A stretch of 40,000 nt of DNA from Prevotella phage Lak-B7, in sequence record MK250026.1. One strand, 5' to 3'. Each line of letters starts with the position of its first letter. The stretch's first letter is position 1. Made by a program: the position numbers and the translations under genes. The notes below the pieces were generated by a model. That model searched no databases, was not told the origin of the DNA, and saw only the letters and a list, made by a program, of their open reading frames with translations. Below, piece by piece: positions 33,012 to 40,000 of the stretch.

Positions 33012-33545
33012 ATGCCTGCATATGATAGTTATATTGCAGAACATGGAACTGCAATAAGTGATTTAACATTGAAGAAAATGTTAGTTAATAAAAAAGATAT
33101 TTAGGATAAAATTAATAATACATTTGCATATGAAGATACGCCAGCTGTAATTCCTGGTAAATCTATTGATGATACAATAGATAAACAATTAGATTCTTTG
33201 AATGAAGATACTGGTATGAATTCATTGATTACACAAGCAGCAATGATGAAAGCAAAAAGTGAGACTGATAAAAAAGAAGATTTAAAACAAAAAACAGAGC
33301 GACGTAAGAATTTCATTGAATCTATGATGTATCAGCAAGGTGAACTTTATTATCAACAACATCATTATTTTATGGATGGTAAGACAAAACGTAGAGTTCG
33401 TAAAGCAGTTGAACGTGCATATGATAAAGGTAAGTATAATAAGAGCGGAATTTATTTTGAACAACCACAAACAAAGACTATTATTAGAAAACCAAAGAAT
33501 ACTAATAAGGAACCAGTAAATATGCAAGATATGTTAAAGATGTAA
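33012..33545 (+). CDS. Hypothetical protein, 177 aa with TAG as sense
   Basis: MPAYDSYIAEHGTAISDLTLKKMLVNKKDIQDKINNTFAYEDTP... in frame with track ORF 33198..33545. Confidence 0.7.
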
Positions 33546-33572
33546 AAATAATATATATGCTCTATTAGATAT

Positions 33573-34364
33573 TTGATTTCTGATAGAGCATTTAATTTAT
33601 ATATGGATAAAGATTTAGATACTATATTAAAAGAAAAGTTTGATATTTGTTATATATTAACTTTAAGTGATAGAGAAGATAGACGTAGTAGAATGCAATA
33701 TCAATTTCATAAGATGTATTTAGATGATATAGATAGAAGTGATTTTTATCATTATCATTATACTACTAAATTTCCTTATAATAAGTTAATTGCAAATGCG
33801 TTTAATGAATCAGGTTTAGGTAGATTTACAAAACCTAATGAGTATGATTGTTCAAGGAATCATTATTCTATTGTAAAGGAATGTTATGATAGAGGATTTA
33901 ATAATATTTTAATAATGGAAGATGATTTAAAATTCTTAAATAATAATCAGACTTTTACTAATTTTATTGATAATATTCCTGTAGATTATGATATACTTCA
34001 ATTTGGTGGATTTACTACAGATCCAAAAGCAAAAGGTATATTAGAAAAATATAATGAGAATATTTATTGGGTAAAACATAGAGATATTGGTTTATGGAAT
34101 GCGTCTATGTATGCTTTATCACGAAAAGGTATGGAATATTACATTGCATTTATGGATAAATTCTTTTGGGTTGCAGATGGACCATTATTTAAAGCGCCAA
34201 TAAATGATAAGTTAGTAAATACATACGTTTCTACTATACCTTTAGTTATTCAGGAAAATAAAAATATTGTTTTATCAGATATAAGAAATAATGTGAATGA
34301 TAAAATAGATTATCAGAATGACAATGTATATGAATCACAAGTTAAGTTATCAGACTACTATTAA
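33573..34364 (+). CDS. Glycosyltransferase family 25-like protein (start uncertain, possibly TTG)
   Basis: FDICYILTLSDREDRRSRMQ...SIVKECYDRGFNNILIMEDDLKFL...YDILQFGGF...NASMYALSRKGMEYYIAFMD. Confidence 0.75.
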   Translation: MISDRAFNLYMDKDLDTILKEKFDICYILTLSDREDRRSRMQYQFHKMYLDDIDRSDFYHYHYTTKFPYNKLIANAFNESGLGRFTKPNEYDCSRNHYSIVKECYDRGFNNILIMEDDLKFLNNNQTFTNFIDNIPVDYDILQFGGFTTDPKAKGILEKYNENIYWVKHRDIGLWNASMYALSRKGMEYYIAFMDKFFWVADGPLFKAPINDKLVNTYVSTIPLVIQENKNIVLSDIRNNVNDKIDYQNDNVYESQVKLSDYY

Positions 34365-34382
34365 AAATTAATTTTTGATTTT

Positions 34383-34390
34383 TGTATAAA
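34383..34390 (+). promoter_or_regulatory. TATAAATA box
   Basis: Exact match, about 30 nt upstream of the ATG at 34420. Confidence 0.35.
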
Positions 34391-34419
34391 TAAAAAAATA
34401 ATTTTATATAATAATCTAA

Positions 34420-34785
34420 ATGACTATGATTAACATGTATGACGAGGCTAATATAGATTTAGAAGAAATGATGTACCTTCAAGATGTTCAGGATGAAATA
34501 GAAGGTGATGAAGAACAAATTGAAGACGATGATATTTATGAAGATGATTATGATTTAACTTCTTCTTTTTTAGATAAACAATCTTTATTAAAAGATGATG
34601 AGCGTAGACATATAAAAGTTTTACATAAACCAACGGGAAAAATATTTTCTGGAAAGTTATATGGTAAATGCGCTGGTATTCCTGATAAGTATGTATTTTC
34701 TATGCGAGAGGTGATAGATAATAAGGAAGTTGAGCCATTGAAGACTAAGATCTTTAAATTGTCAGATCTTGTGAAGAAAAAATAA
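34420..34785 (+). CDS. Hypothetical acidic protein, 121 aa
   Basis: Acidic N-terminal half (EIEGDEEQIEDDDIYEDDYD) followed by a basic domain. Confidence 0.65.
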   Translation: MTMINMYDEANIDLEEMMYLQDVQDEIEGDEEQIEDDDIYEDDYDLTSSFLDKQSLLKDDERRHIKVLHKPTGKIFSGKLYGKCAGIPDKYVFSMREVIDNKEVEPLKTKIFKLSDLVKKK

Positions 34786-34818
34786 ATATCATAACTAAAT
34801 TATTAATAAAGGAAACTA

Positions 34819-35001
34819 ATGGTAAAGAAAATGGCACCGCGACGGGTAAAGATTTGTCCAGGATGTCCCTCAAAAGGATTGGATTTTGATGTGACTCCAC
34901 AATTTAATTTCGTTCCAGAGAAAAAACGAGATACTAAAAAAATTACAATTATCAGTGATGTAAAAAATCATATTAAAGGAAAGATTTCATCATTGTTTTA
35001 A
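34819..35001 (+). CDS. Small basic hypothetical protein, 60 aa
   Basis: MVKKMAPRRVKICPGCPSKGLDFDVTPQFNFVPEKKRDTKK... Confidence 0.5.
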   Translation: MVKKMAPRRVKICPGCPSKGLDFDVTPQFNFVPEKKRDTKKITIISDVKNHIKGKISSLF

Positions 35002-35005
35002 TAAA

Positions 35006-35052
35006 ATAAGAGATTATAGTTTTTTGTATACTATAATCTCTTATTTTTATAA
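35006..35052. terminator. Bidirectional terminator between convergent genes
   Basis: Perfect 15-bp stem ATAAGAGATTATAGT / ACTATAATCTCTTAT followed by TTTTTAT. Confidence 0.85.
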
Positions 35053-35493
35053 ATCTAAATCATATGTATCTAAATTAATCATCTATAAATGTAATGTATC
35101 ATGCTCTTTATCGAATTTCTATTCTATTTTCTTTATTCTTCCTTCAATTTGTGACCAATTTTTATTTGCATGATTTATTGTATCTACCATGTGATTAATT
35201 ACATTTTTTTGTTTAACTACATCATGATGAATATGTTCTAAATCTCTATCCATATCCTATCCATTTTTGAATATAATGTTACCAGCACCTTTTAAATTAC
35301 CGAATGCAGTAATAGCATTTATACCAATTAATGAGTTTTCATCAAAATAATATGCAACAGCTTGTTCACCAGGGGATAAATGTTTTGACATTAAATTTTG
35401 ATATGCTTCTTCATAACATACGAATGGATAACGGTTATATGAATTTATATTTGATTTAGCAGTAGGTAATATTTCGTATTGATTGTTATTCAT
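35047..35493 (-). CDS. Hypothetical protein, 148 aa with TAG as sense
   Basis: MNNNQYEILPTAKSNINSYNRYPFVCYEEAYQNLMSKHLSPGEQAVAYYFDENS...; TAG read-through extends track ORF 35257..35493 to TAA at 35047. Confidence 0.7.
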
Positions 35494-35564
35494 CTTAATT
35501 AAAACTAAACTTTATATATTTATTGAAAATCAATAAATAGAATAAAGGTTTAATATCATAAATA

Positions 35565-36089
35565 ATGGAAAAGGATATTATATTAGCTAAAGGTAATATA
35601 TAGAATGTGCTTAAACGAATAGGCGTATATAAAAGTAATTTATTTTGTATAGGTGAAGATGATATAACAAAATCAGGTGTTATTGTATGTAACGGTGATA
35701 TTATTTCTTCACGTATATTAGATATTACTATAAAGGCCGGTGGTGCAACTGGTAGTATGTTATCATATAATTAGAATTATATTAATCATATAGATGTAAA
35801 ATATGTTGATCCTAATGATAAAGATATAAAAACAATGTCATTTAATATACTTGATAATGATGCTTTAATTGAAATTATTAAGTTTATCACAGAAAAATAG
35901 CAAGATAAAGAAAACATCGAAAAAATTGAGAAAAACTAGCTAATTTTTGATGAAAAACTTAAAAAAATCTAGCAATTTTTAATCGAAAATAAAACACAGA
36001 TAGAATGTATTGGAGAATTGAAAAACTAGATTTTAGATATGAATAATAAACTTGATGTTTTACTTACAGAAAGAAGTTTAAGACATTAA
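35565..36089 (+). CDS. Hypothetical protein with C-terminal coiled coil, 174 aa with TAG as sense
   Basis: MEKDIILAKGNIQNVLKRIGVYKSNLFCIGEDDITKSGVIVCNGDIISSRILDITIKAGG...KNQLIFDEKLKKIQQFLIENKTQIECIGELKNQILDMNNKLDVLL; invisible in the standard-code ORF track. Confidence 0.65.
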
Positions 36090-36112
36090 TTTAATTTTAC
36101 AATATAATTTAT

Positions 36113-37057
36113 ATGATGAAGAAATAGAATAATAAATTTGTATCATTTTATGATTATAAGAAAAGTAATTCATTAAGATATAAATTAATGAATGAAAATA
36201 TAAAGTATAATTATGAATATACATCCTATAAGAATGAAATGATATAGTTATATGAAGAATATATAAATAGATATTTTTTAAATACAAGTATATTTAATCC
36301 ATATGATAATTATATTGATTCATTAAATGAAGGATTAATTATGTCATATAATTATGATATATTTGCAGAATATCTTGAGAAATATTCAGGTATAACGGTA
36401 TTGGATATTAATTATGTTGATAATAATGATGCAGATACAAAAATGTTATATTTTATTACATATGAAGATGAATATAATAAGTATAAAGATAAGTTAAAAA
36501 CGTATATTAATAAATGCGGTTATTTTATTTCATTATTAAATAAGTATACATATCAAGGATTAAAGCTAGTAGATATATAGGTTGAACCAAAATTTATTGT
36601 GGAAGTAACATCAGGTATATATGATAAATATGATTTAATATATGATAAAGAAAATGATGGTATTAAAAATAAATGTAATGGTATTTTATATCATATAACT
36701 TTGGATGCAAAATATAATAAAATAAAAGATAATGGGTTAATACCAAAATCAGGAAATAAAAAATCTATTCATCCTGAAAGAATTTATTTTTATCCATCAA
36801 ATCTTATAGATAAACCTGATATATCATTAATTTCACAAGCAAAATTTTTATATAAACCTAATGGAAAATATATAAATTCTGTTATGAAATATGTAACGAA
36901 AAAAGGGTTAAAAATAGATATATTAAAAATTGATTTATATAAGTATCAAAATATAAAATATAGATTTTTTCAAGATCCTAATCATCCACAAGGAATATTT
37001 ACATATGAACCTGTACATCCAGAATGTGTAGAATTATATAAATCATTTTATGTTTAA
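36113..37057 (+). CDS. Hypothetical protein with ADP-ribosyltransferase/KptA-like C-terminal domain, 314 aa with TAG as sense
   Basis: Joins track ORFs 36341 and 36599 through TAG. ...CNGILYHITLDAKYNKIKDNGLIPKSGNKKSIHPERIYFYPSN...YRFFQDPNHPQGIFTYEPVHPECVELYKSF resembles the LYH.T....I...GL.P pattern of ART-fold enzymes. Confidence 0.5.
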
Positions 37058-37060
37058 AAT

Positions 37061-37153
37061 ATGAGTAAAGAAACAAATATACATTTGAAAGCAATAATAT
37101 AGGTAATTATATTATTTTTAATTTTAGGAATAATATATTTTATAATAACTTTA
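37061..37153 (+). CDS. Very small putative membrane protein, 30 aa with one TAG
   Basis: MSKETNIHLKAIIQVIILFLILGIIYFIITL. Confidence 0.35.
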
Positions 37154-37179
37154 TAATTCAAAATTAAATCTATTTAAGC

Positions 37180-37686
37180 ATGGATCGTGGTGAACGACGT
37201 TATCGTCAAAAGAAAAAGTGGATTTCTCGTTTAAAGAAATTATGGAATTCACATGTATTTTGGAATTATATTTCTCCTGTAAAGAAAAAGAAACCAAAAT
37301 GTATTAGAGAAATGAAAGAACATAGAGCTACATCATGGCAAGATTTTACGAAGGATCATTTTGGTGTATTAGTTAAAAATACAGGAACTGTTATGACTGA
37401 TAATAAACGTTTGGATATTACAGAAGAACATAAGAGAAAAATGCAAAACAGAAAACTTACAAAGGAAGATCAAGAAGAAGTTGATGAATATCTTGATAGA
37501 AAAGAACATCCATATAGGTTTGAAGATTTTTGTTGTAATTGTGATAATTTTCCTGGAGATAGATTATATGAATCTAGAGAATACGATGGTAAAGATGTTT
37601 GTCCATTTGTAGAAAGATTTAAATCTGGTGAATTAAATGGAGATACAGAATGGCAGAAGTTAGGATGTGAAAGTTTTATTGATTAA
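37180..37686 (+). CDS. Hypothetical protein, 168 aa, Cys-containing C-terminus
   Basis: Track ORF MDRGERRYRQKKKWISRLKKLWNS...FEDFCCNCDNFPGDRLYESREYDGKDVCPFVE. Confidence 0.7.
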   Translation: MDRGERRYRQKKKWISRLKKLWNSHVFWNYISPVKKKKPKCIREMKEHRATSWQDFTKDHFGVLVKNTGTVMTDNKRLDITEEHKRKMQNRKLTKEDQEEVDEYLDRKEHPYRFEDFCCNCDNFPGDRLYESREYDGKDVCPFVERFKSGELNGDTEWQKLGCESFID

Positions 37687-37696
37687 TTAAATATTA

Positions 37697-37740
37697 TTAT
37701 AGGTGATTAGCAAATTATAGTTAATCACCTATAACTTTTT
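37697..37740 (+). terminator. Intrinsic terminator
   Basis: Perfect 13-bp stem TTATAGGTGATTA / TAATCACCTATAA followed by CTTTTT. Confidence 0.85.
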
Positions 37741-37784
37741 ATATATTTTCTTATATAATCTTTAACTAATAATATTTTTAATTT

Positions 37785-39506
37785 ATGACAATGATGAAAA
37801 CAGATATTGAAATTTCGCAGAGTGCACAACTTCAAAGTATTGATTATGTATTTGAAAAACTTGTTCCTTATGATGATCGTATAAAAAATGGATATATTGA
37901 GCAGTACGGTAATTATATGGGTAAAATTCCATTGACATATTTAAAATCAGGAATGGAATGTGCAAATAAACATCTTATTCTTGTAACTTCAATTAGTCCT
38001 ACTAAATCTGGTATTGGTAAGACAACTGTAAGTGTAGGATTGAATGATGCACTTAAGAAATTAAAGAAAAATTCCATTGCGGTATTGAGAGAACCTTCTC
38101 TTGGACCATGTTTTGGTATGAAAGGAGGCGCATGTGGAGGTGGTTATTCACAAGTAGTACCAATGGATAAGATTAATCTTCATTTCACGGGAGATTTTCA
38201 TGCAATTACAACAGCAAATAATATGATTGCTTCTGCAATCGATAATTATTTCTATCATAATCCAGAAAAAGAATTAGATATAAAGAAAATTACATTTAGA
38301 CGCTGTTTAGATATTAATGATAGGTCTCTTAGAACTATTTACACAACACAGCGATATGGAAAACTTATTCAAACAGGATTTGATATTACACCAGCATCAG
38401 AAATGATGGCAATTTTTTGCATGGCATATGATATAGATGATTTACGTAAACGTATTGATAAAATTATCATTGCAGAGCGAGAAGATGGTAGTTTTATGTA
38501 TTGTAAAGAATTAGGAATAACCGGTTCAATTGTTGCATTGTTATCAGATGCGATTAAACCTAATTTAGTACAGAGTCTTTATAATAATCCTGTTATTATT
38601 CATGGTGGTCCATTCGCTAATATTGCACATGGTTGTAATTCAGTTATCGCAACACGTATGGGATTGTCATTATGCGATTATGTTGTAACAGAAGCAGGAT
38701 TCGGTTCAGACCTTGGTGCTGAAAAATTCATTGATATTAAATGTAGAACTGCAGGTTTTTCGCCAGATGTTATTGTATTGGTTGCGACTATTCCAGGTTT
38801 GAAAAATCAAGGTGGTTGTAAAGATATAACAAAGGAAGATACAAGATCACTTGAGACAGGACTCAAGAACCTTGATCAACATTTGAATGCACTTAATACA
38901 TTTGGTTATAAGATTATTGTCACTAATAATGTATATGATACAGATACGCGAAATGAACAGATAATTCTTGAGAATTTCTGTAAGAGTAGAAAGGTAAAGT
39001 GTATTAAGAATACATGCTATGTAGATGGTAGAGATGGAGCATTAAATTTAGCACAAGAAGTTATTGATACCATTGATAATACGAAGCATATAGCATTTCC
39101 AAATTGGGCATATCAAAAATATGATAATATAAAAGATAAGATTTCAGATCTTTGCGAAAATATTTACGGTATAAATCCAGATAATATACGTTATTCATAT
39201 AAGGCTGAAAAGTTTATTGAGAAATATGATAAGACATATGAGAATTATAAGGATGAATTAATTCAGGAAATTAGTGAATATCCTATTTGTATGGCAAAGA
39301 CACAATATTCATTTTCAGATAATCCATCAGTATTGCCAGTACCAACACATGATACTACATTTACTATTGATGAAATTAAAATTAATAGAGGTGCTGGATT
39401 TTTAGTTGTTATTGCAGGTAATATGATGCGAATGCCGGGTTTACCAAAAGAACCAGCAGCAAAGAAAATAGATTATGTTGATGGAAAAATTACAGGATTG
39501 AATTAA
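37785..39506 (+). CDS. fhs: Formate--tetrahydrofolate ligase (10-formyl-THF synthetase), 573 aa, full length
   Basis: TSISPTKSGIGKTTVSVGL P-loop; REPSLGPCFGMKGGACGGGYSQVVPMDKINLHFTGDFHAI; FRRCLDINDRSLR; HGGPFANIAHGCNSV; VVTEAGFGSDLGAEKF; YPICMAKTQYSFSDNP; MMRMPGLPKEPAA. Confidence 0.96.
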   Translation: MTMMKTDIEISQSAQLQSIDYVFEKLVPYDDRIKNGYIEQYGNYMGKIPLTYLKSGMECANKHLILVTSISPTKSGIGKTTVSVGLNDALKKLKKNSIAVLREPSLGPCFGMKGGACGGGYSQVVPMDKINLHFTGDFHAITTANNMIASAIDNYFYHNPEKELDIKKITFRRCLDINDRSLRTIYTTQRYGKLIQTGFDITPASEMMAIFCMAYDIDDLRKRIDKIIIAEREDGSFMYCKELGITGSIVALLSDAIKPNLVQSLYNNPVIIHGGPFANIAHGCNSVIATRMGLSLCDYVVTEAGFGSDLGAEKFIDIKCRTAGFSPDVIVLVATIPGLKNQGGCKDITKEDTRSLETGLKNLDQHLNALNTFGYKIIVTNNVYDTDTRNEQIILENFCKSRKVKCIKNTCYVDGRDGALNLAQEVIDTIDNTKHIAFPNWAYQKYDNIKDKISDLCENIYGINPDNIRYSYKAEKFIEKYDKTYENYKDELIQEISEYPICMAKTQYSFSDNPSVLPVPTHDTTFTIDEIKINRGAGFLVVIAGNMMRMPGLPKEPAAKKIDYVDGKITGLN

Positions 39507-40000
39507 TGAATGATAAAATAATAGATATAAATGAGTGGTTGAGATGGGTGATTTCCTTACATCCATCTCAAAAACAAATTAATACCATAAAACCATATTG
39601 GAAATGCAACTCTAAGGGAGATTATCTTAAAGTATTTAAAAAAGATATAGGACGATTTGGTAAACCTATACCAAATATTAATGATACAGAATGGATAGAT
39701 GGTAAATATTCATGGGAGTTAGATAGATTATTTGATATATATAAATTTGTTCCTAATTGTGAACAACTCGCAAAGGTTAATATAGGATATTTTGTATTAA
39801 AAGAAACATTAGACAATGATAAATGGAAATATTATATTCAAGTGATAAAACAATATGATAAAGAAGTGAAAGATTATAAAGGTGGTCCATTTACATTTAG
39901 AATTATAATGGTAGACTTTGGTATTTTTAAATTATACGCACGTCAAACAAGAGAATTAGAAGGTGACCATAAACATGTAATGTATTCTAATATTAAAAAT
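39506..40000 (+). CDS. Hypothetical protein, partial at right edge
   Basis: MNDKIIDINEWLRWVISLHPSQKQINTIKPYWKCNSKGDYLKVFKKD...; start overlaps the fhs stop (TAATG); open to the window end. Confidence 0.7.
   Translation, partial: MNDKIIDINEWLRWVISLHPSQKQINTIKPYWKCNSKGDYLKVFKKDIGRFGKPIPNINDTEWIDGKYSWELDRLFDIYKFVPNCEQLAKVNIGYFVLKETLDNDKWKYYIQVIKQYDKEVKDYKGGPFTFRIIMVDFGIFKLYARQTRELEGDHKHVMYSNIKN

Noticed and set aside
36078-37965. Minus-strand ORFs at 36078-36287 and 37783-37965
   Set aside because: Antisense to TAG-corrected plus-strand genes.
1-40000. CRISPR arrays and tRNA genes, including a suppressor tRNA
   Set aside because: No regular direct repeats with spacers and no convincing cloverleaf/TPsiC sequence seen by eye. 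The GTTCAACGACTAG at about 29577 belongs to the group I intron core. A tRNAscan-SE run on the full genome is needed.

Overview
This window looks like about 40 kb of a very AT-rich, T4-like tailed phage (possibly a jumbo phage) whose host is probably a Bacteroidetes. It reads coherently only if TAG is a sense codon, most likely Gln (genetic code 15). Under that reading the chopped-up ORFs on the minus strand at 1-12.3 kb become four large late/structural genes. One of these is a giant ORF of at least 2,350 codons that runs off the left edge. Recognisable genes are: a UvsW-like DExH helicase split by a fractured split intein with a nuclease gene between the halves; an Rnl2-like RNA ligase; three free-standing or interleaved homing-type endonucleases; a dnaK (Hsp70) interrupted by a group I intron; dnaJ; a T4 gp55-like late sigma factor; a GT25-like glycosyltransferase; an ART/KptA-like protein; and a full-length formate-tetrahydrofolate ligase. 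In-frame TAG is strongly mosaic. It is dense in structural genes, homing endonucleases, helicase and gp55. It is absent from a 13-gene block at 19.0-26.5 kb and from dnaK, dnaJ and fhs. This suggests that code switching gates late expression. All calls come from reading the sequence; no database or structure search was run.
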